Source: Ilumatobacteraceae bacterium
GTDB taxonomy: Bacteria > Actinomycetota > Acidimicrobiia > Acidimicrobiales > Ilumatobacteraceae
Direction: 5' to 3'
NCBI GenBank assembly: GCA_044359565.1
Contig: JBIKLX010000001.1
Coordinates: 944-64,943 of the forward strand
Length of the DNA: 64,000 bases
This document shows positions 27,089 to 36,664 of this stretch, piece after piece. Every line of letters starts with the position of its first letter. Positions within the stretch are counted from its first letter, which is position 1. The notes under the pieces are model-generated. The model was not told the DNA's origin, made no database searches, and saw only the letters and a program-made list of their open reading frames with translations. The translations under genes were made by a program, and so were the position numbers.

Positions 27089-29539
27089 TCAGCCGAACAA
27101 GACGCTCGCGGGCGTGATGATGCTGTCGATGGCCAGCGCGATGTCGAATTGGCTCTCCTCGTCGACCGCCACCCACACCTCGAGCCGCATCGAGCGGTCG
27201 AACGACAGGCGCTGCACCCCGAAATCGACACCCACCTTGGTGAACGTGCCCTCGGCCACCTTCCACGGCCACCCGTCGTCGAGCCGTGACCAGACCTTCA
27301 CCCGGTCGCGATCGACCTCCTTGCAACTGGTGCCGGTCTCGTCGCACACCATCAACGACACCCGCAGGATGCCCACCGGCTCCTTCTCATCGGAGTCCTC
27401 GGGGCCGAGTGCCCGGGCGAACAACGTGGCCGACACGGTGCTGTCGATCGTGAGCGATTCCGAACCCGCCACGACGAAGCGGGCCACAGGAGGCCGCGTG
27501 CCGCCGGGTTCCTTCCCGTCGCCGGAGGTCGCCTCGTCCTCGTCGTCGTGGAAGCGGAACAGCGTCAGTCCTGGCAGGTCGTCGATGTCGGCGTCGACGT
27601 TAGGAGGTACCTCATTGTGCGGTTTGCGCTGTTCCAGCGCGAACCACGACGGCCGCTTGGTGTCGCCGCGCTCGGGGGCTGCGAACAGGTAGCCACCTGT
27701 CAGGCGGCCGTCCTTGACCGGCACAGTCGTCGGCGGCGGCACAGTCGTCGGCGGCGGCAGTGTCGTCGGCGGCGGCACGGTCGTCGGTATCGGCACGGTC
27801 GTCGGCGGCGGCACGGTCGTCGTCGGCACCGGCTTGGGCCGTGCGATCGTCGGCGGCAGCACGGTCGCAGGTGGCACCGGCTTGGCCGGTGCGGTCGTTG
27901 GTGGCGGGGATGTGGGTGGAACCGTGGTGGAACTGTCGGCTTCGGCCACTACGACCTCTGGGGTCTCAGCAGTCGCCGCTTCGGCGCCGGACTCGGGAGC
28001 GGCCAACAGCAACTCTGCGGATGTCGGATCCATCGGCACCGGGTCAACTCCTGCGGCCACTCCTGCGCCCGGCGCCCCGGTGCTCGAGGCGTCGGCGACG
28101 ATGACCGGTGCCCCCAGATCCACCGTCGTGGTCGTCGAGGCCACCACGGCTGCTGGCGGCGACGGAGGCGATTCCGCTACTACCGGAACAGGAGCCACGA
28201 GGGTGCCCAGACCGGTGGCGGCGATACCCACGACCGTGCTCACACCGGTTGCCAGCGTGGCACTCGTCGCTGCGGCCCCTGCGCTTGCGGCAGCCGCGAA
28301 CGAAGACGACGCGACCGACGAGACCGCACCGGAGAACGAAGCCGACGGCGTCGCCGTCGCAGCACTCGACGCCGCCGACGCCACGGTCGTCGTGGCCGAC
28401 GAGCCCGTCGAGGCGATCGTGGTGGTCGTCGTGGTAGCGGACGCCGACGACCCCGCACCGGCGGCACCGGTGGCACCGGAGGCGTTCGAGGGTGCCGCCG
28501 ACACCGGACGCGCCGCCACCAGCCAGGCTGTCGCCCACGACAACGGGCCCATCACGCGACGCAGACTGCCCATCGACAGGTTCAAGAAGGAGCGCACCAC
28601 AGCCGGATCGAAGTGGGTGCCTGCGCACCGCGCCAGTTCGGCACGTGCCTCGTGGGCGGAACGTGGCTGCTGATACGAACGGACCGACGTGATCACGTCG
28701 AATACGTCGGCCACGGCGACGATGCGCGCCGGCAGCGAGATGGCGTGCCCACTGATGCCGTTCGGATACCCCGTGCCGTCCCATTTCTCGTGGTGCTGGG
28801 CGACCGCGAGGACGCTCTCGCCCAGCCAGTCGGCCAGTGGCGCCGCCAGTTCCGCACCGAGGGCAGGGTGGGTCTTGATGATGGCGAACTCCTCATCGGT
28901 CAACCGACCGGGCTTGTTCAGGATCTCGCCGTCGATGCGCAGCTTGCCGATGTCGTGGATGAGACCGGCCCAGCGAAGACGGTCGAGGTCGTCACCGGAG
29001 AGGCCCATCTCCTCGCCGATCATCTGGGCGTAGGCCCGGACGCGCTCGGAATGGCCGCGGGTGATGCGGTCGTGACGACTGAGGGCGGCAACCAGTTCGA
29101 GCAACCGTTCAGCGGCAGCGGCCGCGTCGTTGGCGCCTACTCGCTGATACCGGTCGAGCAGATCGCCCAACTCCTGGGCCGACGCCGCACGCATCGCCAT
29201 CTTCATGCGCGAGGGCGCGCTGTCGGGGAAGGTGAGCGACAGGTCGAGCAATGCCGCCAGCGGCAGGATGCGCCGCATCAGCGAGTCGACCACGCGCATC
29301 ACCACGGTGGCGATCGCGCCCACCACCACCAGCCGACCGGCCGCGAGCCACCACCCCGACACAACCGGCAGCACGAGCGACACGGCTACCGCAGTGACCG
29401 TCGCGGCGATGAACGGAACCACCACGACACCCCAGCGCAGCGCACGCGCCGAAAGGCGCCGCGATGCCCAGCGGTCGGAGGACGAACGATCCGTGGCGGT
29501 GACCATGCCGCAGGCATCGGTCGGTCGTACTCGGAGCAT
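27089..29539 (-). CDS. Membrane-anchored HD-GYP domain protein. The HD-GYP domain is fused to about 300 aa of Ser/Ala/Thr/Pro low-complexity sequence and an unrecognised C-terminal domain of about 200 aa.
   Basis: The N-terminal TM segments read WGVVVVPFIAATVTAVAVSLVL.... The HD-GYP motifs are HSERV, LIHDIGK and HHEKWDGTGYP. PPTTVP repeats follow, and the last approximately 200 aa have normal composition (…FVVAGSESLTIDSTVSATLFARA…RLEVWVAVDE…). Confidence 0.85.
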   Translation of the reverse strand: MLRVRPTDACGMVTATDRSSSDRWASRRLSARALRWGVVVVPFIAATVTAVAVSLVLPVVSGWWLAAGRLVVVGAIATVVMRVVDSLMRRILPLAALLDLSLTFPDSAPSRMKMAMRAASAQELGDLLDRYQRVGANDAAAAAERLLELVAALSRHDRITRGHSERVRAYAQMIGEEMGLSGDDLDRLRWAGLIHDIGKLRIDGEILNKPGRLTDEEFAIIKTHPALGAELAAPLADWLGESVLAVAQHHEKWDGTGYPNGISGHAISLPARIVAVADVFDVITSVRSYQQPRSAHEARAELARCAGTHFDPAVVRSFLNLSMGSLRRVMGPLSWATAWLVAARPVSAAPSNASGATGAAGAGSSASATTTTTTIASTGSSATTTVASAASSAATATPSASFSGAVSSVASSSFAAAASAGAAATSATLATGVSTVVGIAATGLGTLVAPVPVVAESPPSPPAAVVASTTTTVDLGAPVIVADASSTGAPGAGVAAGVDPVPMDPTSAELLLAAPESGAEAATAETPEVVVAEADSSTTVPPTSPPPTTAPAKPVPPATVLPPTIARPKPVPTTTVPPPTTVPIPTTVPPPTTLPPPTTVPPPTTVPVKDGRLTGGYLFAAPERGDTKRPSWFALEQRKPHNEVPPNVDADIDDLPGLTLFRFHDDEDEATSGDGKEPGGTRPPVARFVVAGSESLTIDSTVSATLFARALGPEDSDEKEPVGILRVSLMVCDETGTSCKEVDRDRVKVWSRLDDGWPWKVAEGTFTKVGVDFGVQRLSFDRSMRLEVWVAVDEESQFDIALAIDSIITPASVLFG
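27723..27828. repeat. An 18-bp tandem repeat (about 6 units) within the HD-GYP gene, encoding (PPPTTV)n
   Basis: Read directly from the sequence: acagtcgtcggcggcggc repeated with minor variants. It translates as PTTVPPPTTVPIPTTVPPPTTLPPPTTVPPPTTVP. Confidence 0.85.
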
Positions 29540-29623
29540 GAGTGCATTGACTCAACCTTGACGTTGACGCCGACGGCGGCCCACCTGTGCATCGCGACCA
29601 CCGAGCGATAGCGTGCCGAGCAG

Positions 29624-30706
29624 ATGTCGAACGCCGCCGCGACCATCCCCCTGCTCGACGCCGCACACGGTCGGCCGTCGAGCCACACGCCGGTCTGGTT
29701 CATGCGCCAGGCCGGACGAAGCCTGCCCGAGTACCGCGCTGTGCGCGGACCCGGCAGCATCCTCGACGCCATCAAACGGCCCGACCTGGCAGCCGAGATC
29801 ACGCTGCAGCCGGTGCGCCGCTACGGGGTCGACGCTGCCGTGCTCTACAGCGACATCGTGGTCCCGGCGCATGCCGTCGGTTTCGGCATCGACGTTGCGC
29901 CCGGCACGGGCCCGGTGGCCGACCAGCCGCTGCGTACCCACGACGATCTCGCCCGCCTGCGACCCCTCGAGCCATCGATCGACATCCCGTACGTGCTCGA
30001 GACCGTGCGCATCCTCGCCCGCGAACTGCCCGAGTCGGTGCCGCTGCTGGCGTTCGCCGGTGCACCGTTCACGGTGGCCAGTTACCTCATCGAGGGCAGG
30101 CCGTCGCGCACGTACCAGCACACCAAGGCGCTGATGCACACCGACGGGCAGTTGTGGCATGCGTTGATGGAGCAGCTCGTCCAGCACGCCGCCACGTTCA
30201 TCGGCTCGCAACTCGGTGCCGGCGCACGCGCGTTCCAGGTATTCGACTCGTGGGCCGGGGCCCTCAGCCGCGACGACTACGACGTGTTCGTGGCGCCCTA
30301 CACCCGCAAGGTGTTCGCGCTCTTGGGCGCCTCGTTCCCGGGTGTGCCCGGGATCCACTTCGGCATCGGGTGCGACCACCTGCTCGAGTCGATGTACGCA
30401 GCGGCCGCGGCGAACGGAGTGGGCACACCGGTCATCGGCCTCGACTGGCGCACCACCATCACCGACGCCCGCCGCCGCATGGGCGCCGACCTGGTGGTGC
30501 AGGGCAACCTCGACCCGGCACTGGTGCTGGCCGGAACCGCCACCGCGCTCGACGGCGTCGACGCCGTGCTGGCCGACAACCGGATGCTCGATCTCCGGCA
30601 GCACCCGGGGCACATCTTCAACCTCGGCCACGGGGTACAGCCCGACACCGACCCCGGCGTGCTGGCCGCAGTGGTCGACCGAGTCCACGAGAGCACCCGA
30701 CGATGA
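29624..30706 (+). CDS. hemE: Uroporphyrinogen decarboxylase
   Basis: The motif PVWFMRQAGRSLPEYR is present and the 360-aa length is typical. Confidence 0.95.
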   Translation: MSNAAATIPLLDAAHGRPSSHTPVWFMRQAGRSLPEYRAVRGPGSILDAIKRPDLAAEITLQPVRRYGVDAAVLYSDIVVPAHAVGFGIDVAPGTGPVADQPLRTHDDLARLRPLEPSIDIPYVLETVRILARELPESVPLLAFAGAPFTVASYLIEGRPSRTYQHTKALMHTDGQLWHALMEQLVQHAATFIGSQLGAGARAFQVFDSWAGALSRDDYDVFVAPYTRKVFALLGASFPGVPGIHFGIGCDHLLESMYAAAAANGVGTPVIGLDWRTTITDARRRMGADLVVQGNLDPALVLAGTATALDGVDAVLADNRMLDLRQHPGHIFNLGHGVQPDTDPGVLAAVVDRVHESTRR

Positions 30707-31689
30707 GCACCACCACCGCGCCAACCGCAGGCACCATCCCCGACCCCGTATCGACCCACGATCGCATCGGCGTGATCCTGATGGCCTACGGCACCCCGCG
30801 CACCCGCGACGAGATCCTGCCGTACTACACCGACATCCGCCGCGGCAGGCCGCCCACCGACGAACAGCTCGCCGATCTGGTGGCCCGCTACGAAGCCATC
30901 GCCCCGCCGGGCAGCGACATCCTGTCGCCGTTGGCGGCGCGCACCGAGGCCCAACGCGATGCGCTGCAGGCCGCGCTCGATGCCATCATCCCCGGCCGCT
31001 ACCAGGTGGCGCTCGGCCTGAAGCACGCCGCGCCGATGATCGAGGACACGGTCGCCGATTTCGCCGCCCAGGGCTTCCGTCGCCTCGTCGGCCTGGTGCT
31101 GGCCCCCCACTACTCGAGCTACTCGATCGGCCAGTACATCGACCGCGCGCGCACCGCCGCCGAACCGCACGGTATCGAGGTGGTGGGGGTCGACAGTTGG
31201 GCGACAGAGCCCGCCTACATCGACTTCCTCGCCGACGACCTCCGCGGTCGGCTGGCCGACATGCCGGCCGACACCAAGGTGCTGTTCACGGCGCACTCGC
31301 TGCCCCAGCGCATCATCGACACCGGCGACCCGTATCCCGACGAACTGCGCGCCACCGCCGAGGCCGTCGCCGCCCGCGTGGGTCTGGCCGAATGGAGCCA
31401 GTGGGCCATCGCGTGGCAGTCGGCTGGCCGCACCCCCGAGCCGTGGCTCGGGCCCGACATCCTGCAGGTCATCGACGATCTGGCCGCCAGCGAGTCGAGC
31501 GCTACCGAGCGCGGCGTCGTGGTGAGCGCCTGCGGGTTCGTGGCCGACCACCTCGAAGTGCTGTACGACCTCGACATCGAGGCGGCCCACCGCGCTCGCG
31601 GGCACGGCCTCGCGTTCGACCGCACCGCCTGCGTGAACGACGACCCCACCGTGATGGCGGCCCTCGCCCGGCGAGTCGTCGCGGCCTGA
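30703..31689 (+). CDS. hemH: Ferrochelatase, probably the coproporphyrin ferrochelatase type
   Basis: The ATG at 30703 forms an ATGA overlap with the hemE stop. Motifs GVILMAYGTP, VLFTAHSLP and FVADHLEVLYDLD are present. Confidence 0.93.
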   Translation: MSTTTAPTAGTIPDPVSTHDRIGVILMAYGTPRTRDEILPYYTDIRRGRPPTDEQLADLVARYEAIAPPGSDILSPLAARTEAQRDALQAALDAIIPGRYQVALGLKHAAPMIEDTVADFAAQGFRRLVGLVLAPHYSSYSIGQYIDRARTAAEPHGIEVVGVDSWATEPAYIDFLADDLRGRLADMPADTKVLFTAHSLPQRIIDTGDPYPDELRATAEAVAARVGLAEWSQWAIAWQSAGRTPEPWLGPDILQVIDDLAASESSATERGVVVSACGFVADHLEVLYDLDIEAAHRARGHGLAFDRTACVNDDPTVMAALARRVVAA

Positions 31690-31700
31690 GGGCCAGCGCC

Positions 31701-33098
31701 ATGCGAGCCGCAGCCCGCCCCTCGCGTGTCACGGTTGTCGGCGGCGGCATCAGCGGCCTTGCGACTGCACATCGATTGCTCACCCTGGCCGCCGAGGCCG
31801 GCGAGCCGATCGAGGTGACCGTCCGCGAACGCGAGCAGGCGCTCGGCGGCAAGATCCGCACCACCCCGTTTGCCGGTCTGCCTGCGGTCGACGAGGGTGC
31901 CGATGCCTTCCTCGCCCGAGTGCCGTGGGCCGTAGCCCTGGCGCGCGAGGTGGGGCTGGGAGATCAGATGGTGTCGCCCGCCACGGGTAGCGCGGCGGTG
32001 TGGTGGAAGGGTCTGCAACCCATCCCGGCCGGCCTGCTGCTGGGCATGCCCACCGACCTCCTGCAGTTGGCCCGCACCCGGCTCATCAGTTGGCCCGGCA
32101 AACTGCGCGCAGCCACCGAGATGCTGTGCCCCCGCACGCCCATCGACCACGGCCCAGGCGCCGACTCGATCGGGGCCTATGTGCGTGCTCGTTTCGGTGA
32201 CGAGGTGCACGAACGGCTGGTCGACCCCCTGGTAGGCAGCATCTACGCAGCCGACACCGACCGCTTCAGCCTGACCGCAGTGGCCCAGATCCACGATCTC
32301 GCTGCAACGCATCGCAGCGTGCTGCTCGCCGCCCGGCGCCGACCCCCGGCACCCGAAGGGCCGGTGTTCTTCGCCCCGGCGTACGGCATGGGCCAGTTCG
32401 TCGCGGCCACTGCACAGGCGGTGCATTCGCTGGGCGGCACCATCCGCTGCAACGATCCGGTGGGCTCGGTCACGATCGACGGCCCCGGATGGCGCGTCGA
32501 CGACGAGCACGCCGATGCGGTCGTCCTAGCCGGTCCCGCAGCGGCGTCGGCCGACCTGCTCGCCACAGCGCTGCCCGAGGTGGCCGCCGGGCTCGCGGCA
32601 GTCGAGTACGCCGACGTGGTGATGGTCACCATCGCCGTTCCCACCCACACCTGGCCCGACCGGTTGCAGAACCTGAGTGGCTACCTGGTCCCGAAGCCAG
32701 CCCAGCGGCTGGTGACGGCGGTGTCGTTCGGCTCGCAGAAGTGGGCCCACTGGCGCACCCCCGACATGGTCGTGCTCCGCATCTCGCTCGGCCGCGACGG
32801 CCTACCCGTGCTGCACCTGTCCGACGAACAACTCGTCGAGGCGGCGCTGCGCGACACCGGTGAGCATCTGGGCCTCGTGCTCGAGCCCACGGCGGTGCGT
32901 GTCACCCGATGGGCTGGCGCATTCCCCCAGTACCGACCCGGCCACGCCGGCAGGGTGGCTGGGCTCGAACGGGCACTGCCCGCCGGGCTCGCCCTGGCCG
33001 GCGCGAGCCACCACGGCATCGGCATCCCTGCCTGTGTGCACTCGGGGCAGCGAGCTGCTGCCGCGACGCTCGACTCGGTCGCGAATCGGCGACAATGA
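31701..33098 (+). CDS. hemY: Protoporphyrinogen/coproporphyrinogen III oxidase (HemY type, FAD-dependent)
   Basis: I trimmed the start to the ATG at 31701. The dinucleotide-binding motif is VTVVGGGISGLATA. The length is about 465 aa. Confidence 0.9.
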   Translation: MRAAARPSRVTVVGGGISGLATAHRLLTLAAEAGEPIEVTVREREQALGGKIRTTPFAGLPAVDEGADAFLARVPWAVALAREVGLGDQMVSPATGSAAVWWKGLQPIPAGLLLGMPTDLLQLARTRLISWPGKLRAATEMLCPRTPIDHGPGADSIGAYVRARFGDEVHERLVDPLVGSIYAADTDRFSLTAVAQIHDLAATHRSVLLAARRRPPAPEGPVFFAPAYGMGQFVAATAQAVHSLGGTIRCNDPVGSVTIDGPGWRVDDEHADAVVLAGPAAASADLLATALPEVAAGLAAVEYADVVMVTIAVPTHTWPDRLQNLSGYLVPKPAQRLVTAVSFGSQKWAHWRTPDMVVLRISLGRDGLPVLHLSDEQLVEAALRDTGEHLGLVLEPTAVRVTRWAGAFPQYRPGHAGRVAGLERALPAGLALAGASHHGIGIPACVHSGQRAAAATLDSVANRRQ

Positions 33099-33883
33099 CC
33101 GCCATGGTGGAGCACGGCCGATCGACGTCTCGCAGGTGGGCCGTGGCGGCGCTCATCGTCCTGCTCGCTGCCTGCGGCGGCGCCGAGCCCACAGCCACGG
33201 TCGACGACTATCCGGTGTTCCAGGTACCGACCACCCCCGCTGCACCGACCCTGCCAGCGACCCTCCCCGCGATACTGCCAGCGACCAGCGCAGCACCGGC
33301 CACCGCCGTGCCCGTCACCGAAGCTCCCACCACGACGGCACCGGTGACCGCAGTGCCCACGACCCCCGCAGCCGACACCACTGCCCCGGCGGGTCCGGCT
33401 GCAGCCGATCCAGGTTCGGCCTTCACCCCGAACACGGTGCTGCTCCCCCAGCCGCAGCCTCCGCCCGATCCGGCCGCTCCTGAGCCGCGCGTCGACATCG
33501 GCCGGATCGAGATCCCCCGGATCGGCCTCGACACGTCGATGTTCGAAGGGGTCAGCCTCGCCACCCTTGACAACGGCCCCGGGCACTGGCCCGGCACCGC
33601 GATGCCGGGCCAGATCGGCAACGTGGTGATCGCCGGACACCGGGTGAGCCACACGCGACCCTTCCGGCACATCGACCAACTCGAGGTCGGTGACGAGGTG
33701 ATCCTCACCACTGCCGATGGCCGGTTCGTGTACGTCGTGGCCGGTGCCGAGATCGTCGGCCCCGACGCGCTGCGCATCGTCGACCAGACCGCTGAGCCCA
33801 CCGCAACGCTGTTTGCCTGCCATCCCCCCGGGTCGACACGACAGCGCTATGTCGTCCATCTCGTACTGCGGGTCGATGACTAG
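33095..33883 (+). CDS. Class E sortase paralogue with a lipoprotein-type signal peptide
   Basis: The ATG at 33095 forms an ATGA overlap with the hemY stop. The N-terminus reads RRWAVAALIVLLAACGG (lipobox L-A-A-C). Catalytic motifs are VIAGHRVSH, ATLFACHP and RQRYVV. Confidence 0.85.
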   Translation: MTAMVEHGRSTSRRWAVAALIVLLAACGGAEPTATVDDYPVFQVPTTPAAPTLPATLPAILPATSAAPATAVPVTEAPTTTAPVTAVPTTPAADTTAPAGPAAADPGSAFTPNTVLLPQPQPPPDPAAPEPRVDIGRIEIPRIGLDTSMFEGVSLATLDNGPGHWPGTAMPGQIGNVVIAGHRVSHTRPFRHIDQLEVGDEVILTTADGRFVYVVAGAEIVGPDALRIVDQTAEPTATLFACHPPGSTRQRYVVHLVLRVDD

Positions 33884-35384
33884 GGTGGCTCTCGCCCTCG
33901 GGGCCGGTTTCTGCGTTGCGCTGTCACTCCCTCCATGGGGGTTCTGGCCGCTCGCCTTCGTCGGGATTGTCTTGTTCGAAGTGGCGCTCGGCGAGTCACC
34001 GACAGGACGCGAGCGCTTCGTACGCGGCCTCGTGTTCGGTGTCGGTTGGCTGTTCCCCGGTATGGGCTGGATGTGGTTCCTCACCGCGCCGGGGTACATC
34101 CTGGCTGGGTTGCTGTTCGCTGCGCTGCACGGCCTCGCCGCAGTAGTGGCTCCGATCGGCCCGTGGCGTGTGATCGGGCGGCCCGCTGCGCATGCCGTGG
34201 TCGAGGCACTTCGTCTCGCCGTCCCGTTCGGTGGGGTTCCGCTCGCCACGATCGCCATCGGCCAGGCCGGTGGACCACTGCTCGGCGTCGCTCGGGTGGG
34301 CGGCGTGATCCTGCTGTCGTGGCTGGTGCTGCAGGTGGGTTTCGCCCTTGCAGGCCCTTCGCCCTACGTGCCTGCAATGGTGCGGCGCAACCGGGCGAGC
34401 GCGCTGCACGGGGCCGTCGGGCTCGGCGTGGCCGCGCTGGTCGTGGTGCTCGCTGCGATCGCCCCCAGCGGCAGCGAACGTGGACGCCTGCTCCGGGTGG
34501 CCGCCGTGCAGGGTGGCGGGCCGCAGGGCACGCTCGCCATCAACTCGAACAGCCGCACGGTGGTCGAGCGACATCTCGCCGCCACGGCCACCATCCCGGC
34601 CGGATCGGCCGACCTGGTGGTGTGGCCCGAGAACGTCATCGACGTGGAGGTGTTCGCCGACAGCCGCGAGCGCACCGAGGTTGCTGCCGAGGCGGCACGC
34701 ATCGGGGCCCCCTTTGCCGTGGGCATCACCGAGGATGTGGCCCCCGGCGAGTTGGGCACCGACCCCGATGGCCGCGGCGGATTCCTGAACGCGCAGGTGG
34801 TGGTCACCCCCGACGGCGAGGTGACGAGCCGCTACGACAAGGTGCGCCGCGTGCCGTTCGGCGAGTACATGCCCATGCGCGACCTGCTCGCCAGCATCGG
34901 CGCACCGGTCGACCAGGTGCCGCGCGATGCAGTGGCAGGTACGGGCCCGGCGGTGCTCGACCTGCCCGACGGCACCCGGATGGCCGTGGTCATCTCGTGG
35001 GAGGTGTTCTTCGGTAGCCGAGCGCGCGACGGCGTGCGCAACGGCGGCGAACTGGTGCTGAACCCCACCAACGGGTCGAGCTACACGGGCACCATCCTGC
35101 AGAGCCAGCAGGTGGCCTCCAGTCGGTTGCGCGCCGTCGAGTCGGGCCGCTGGGTGGTGCAGGTGTCTCCCACCGGCTTCAGCGCGTTCGTCGGACCCGA
35201 CGGCACGGTGTACGACCGCACTGCGGTCAGTGAGCAGGCAGTCATCACCCACACCGTCGCCCTGCGCTCGGGCCGCACCTGGTACACAGCGCTCGGCAAC
35301 CTACCGTTCCTGCTGGCCGCCCTCGGTGTGCTCGCCCTGTCGCTGGCAGCGGCGCGACGGTTCAGAGTTCCAGCATCACCGTGA
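33876..35384 (+). CDS. lnt: Apolipoprotein N-acyltransferase
   Basis: The ATG at 33876 overlaps the sortase end by 8 nt. A polytopic N-terminus is followed by a CN-hydrolase domain ([21 protein letters not shown]). Confidence 0.88.
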   Translation: MTRVALALGAGFCVALSLPPWGFWPLAFVGIVLFEVALGESPTGRERFVRGLVFGVGWLFPGMGWMWFLTAPGYILAGLLFAALHGLAAVVAPIGPWRVIGRPAAHAVVEALRLAVPFGGVPLATIAIGQAGGPLLGVARVGGVILLSWLVLQVGFALAGPSPYVPAMVRRNRASALHGAVGLGVAALVVVLAAIAPSGSERGRLLRVAAVQGGGPQGTLAINSNSRTVVERHLAATATIPAGSADLVVWPENVIDVEVFADSRERTEVAAEAARIGAPFAVGITEDVAPGELGTDPDGRGGFLNAQVVVTPDGEVTSRYDKVRRVPFGEYMPMRDLLASIGAPVDQVPRDAVAGTGPAVLDLPDGTRMAVVISWEVFFGSRARDGVRNGGELVLNPTNGSSYTGTILQSQQVASSRLRAVESGRWVVQVSPTGFSAFVGPDGTVYDRTAVSEQAVITHTVALRSGRTWYTALGNLPFLLAALGVLALSLAAARRFRVPASP

Positions 35385-35814
35385 CCGGGCCGTCGTTCAC
35401 CAGGCTCACCAGCATCTCGGTGCGGAACCGGCCGGTTGCCACCGTGGCGCCCTGCTCGCGCAGGCGAGCCACGACGGCCTCCACCAGTGGTTCGGCGTGC
35501 TCGGGGCGGGCGGCAGCGATCCAGCTCGGCCGACGGCCGGCCGAGGTGTCGCCGTAGAGGGTGAACTGGCTCACCACCAGCACCGCTGCCTCCTCGCCTG
35601 CGGCCGCTCGATCTGCCAGCGACCGGTTCATCACCCCGGCCTCGTCGTCGAGGACGCGCAGGGTGAACACCTTGTCGGCCAACTTACGCGCCGTCGCCTC
35701 GGTGTCGGTGTGGGTGACGCCCACCAGCACGCACAGGCCCGGACCGATGGCACCCACCTGCTCGCCGGCCACCGTCACCGCTGCCTGTGTCACCCGCTGC
35801 ACCAGTCCTCGCAC
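35362..35814 (-). CDS. dtd: D-aminoacyl-tRNA deacylase
   Basis: I trimmed the start to the GTG at 35814 ((M)RGLVQRV...), with AGGA 9 nt upstream. Motifs SQFTLYGD and NDGPVT are present. Confidence 0.9.
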   Translation of the reverse strand: MRGLVQRVTQAAVTVAGEQVGAIGPGLCVLVGVTHTDTEATARKLADKVFTLRVLDDEAGVMNRSLADRAAAGEEAAVLVVSQFTLYGDTSAGRRPSWIAAARPEHAEPLVEAVVARLREQGATVATGRFRTEMLVSLVNDGPVTVMLEL

Positions 35815-35850
35815 GAGCACCGATCCTGTCAGGTGCGCCAGACTGAGCAG

Positions 35851-36660
35851 ATGATCGAACTGGCAGCAGGCTCCGCCACGGCCACCATCAGCCCCGTCGA
35901 CGGCGGCCGAATCGCTTCGCTGCGCATCGACGGGCGCGAGGTGCTGGTCACCGGCGACTCGTCGTCGAACCCGTTGCACTGGGGCAGCTACCCGATGGTG
36001 CCGTACGCCGGCCGCATCCGCCGTGGACGGTTCACGTTCGCCGGACGCGAGCACCACCTGCCCATCAGCCTCGCCCCCCATGCCATCCACGGCTCAGGGT
36101 TCACCAGCCGGTGGGAGGTGCTCGATGCCGGTCTCGACCACGCCGAGCTCGAGACCGATCTCACCTGGTCGCTCGGTGGGCGTGCCCACCAGCACCTGCA
36201 GCTCACCCCCGACGCCATCGTGTGCGTGCTCACCGTGATGGCCGCGGGCGAGGCGATGCCGGTCACCATCGGCTGGCACCCCTGGTTCGTGAAGCCCGCC
36301 GACGACCGCCTCGTCTGTGCGGCCATGTACCAACGCGACGCCGACGGCATCCCCACCGGCGAACTCGTCGAGCCGCCCGCACGACCGTGGGACGACTGTT
36401 TCGTGCGGCCGATCCGACCGTTGCAGTTGCACTATTCCGCGCCGGACCGTGGGCGCGACCGCTCACCCGGCCTCACCGTCACCGTGTCGAGCGACTGCGA
36501 CCACTGGGTCATCTACGACCAGCCCGAGCACGCCACCTGCGTCGAGCCGCAGTCCGGACCCCCCGACGCCGCAAACCTGGGACTGGCCACGGTGCTGCAA
36601 CCCGGCGAGTTCCTGCAGCGCTCCATGACCATCAGTTGGCTACCCGGCGGTAGCCTCTGA
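35851..36660 (+). CDS. Aldose 1-epimerase (galactose mutarotase-like) family protein
   Basis: I trimmed the start to the ATG at 35851. The sequences [17 protein letters not shown] and GWHPWF are characteristic of the family. Confidence 0.78.
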   Translation: MIELAAGSATATISPVDGGRIASLRIDGREVLVTGDSSSNPLHWGSYPMVPYAGRIRRGRFTFAGREHHLPISLAPHAIHGSGFTSRWEVLDAGLDHAELETDLTWSLGGRAHQHLQLTPDAIVCVLTVMAAGEAMPVTIGWHPWFVKPADDRLVCAAMYQRDADGIPTGELVEPPARPWDDCFVRPIRPLQLHYSAPDRGRDRSPGLTVTVSSDCDHWVIYDQPEHATCVEPQSGPPDAANLGLATVLQPGEFLQRSMTISWLPGGSL

Positions 36661-36664
36661 ACCC

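Noticed and set aside
24922-27117. A 731-aa plus-strand ORF antisense to helD.
   Set aside because: It has the same composition artefact, with no recognisable motifs. The helD frame has a Walker A motif and a HelD-like N-terminus.
27548-29611. 687-aa and 319-aa plus-strand ORFs antisense to the HD-GYP gene. The second includes a Gly/Val/Thr-rich repetitive product.
   Set aside because: Their repetitiveness simply mirrors the Pro/Thr repeats of the sense strand. The HD-GYP motifs define the real frame.
29550-29623. Three TTGAC motifs (TTGACtcaaccTTGACgTTGACg) upstream of hemE as a defined promoter or regulator array.
   Set aside because: They are plausible -35-like hexamers in a divergent spacer. 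However, I cannot assign a matching -10 element or a transcription start site from the sequence alone, so this is too weak to report as a feature.
30216-33098. A single 960-aa plus-strand ORF spanning the hemE, hemH and hemY region. Similar over-long ORFs occur at 29587-31689, 21585-23798, 19769-22390 and 39695-42991.
   Set aside because: Only the C-terminal portions match real proteins. The upstream parts are out-of-frame read-through over neighbouring genes. I chose internal ATG/GTG starts supported by stop/start overlaps or SD sequences instead.
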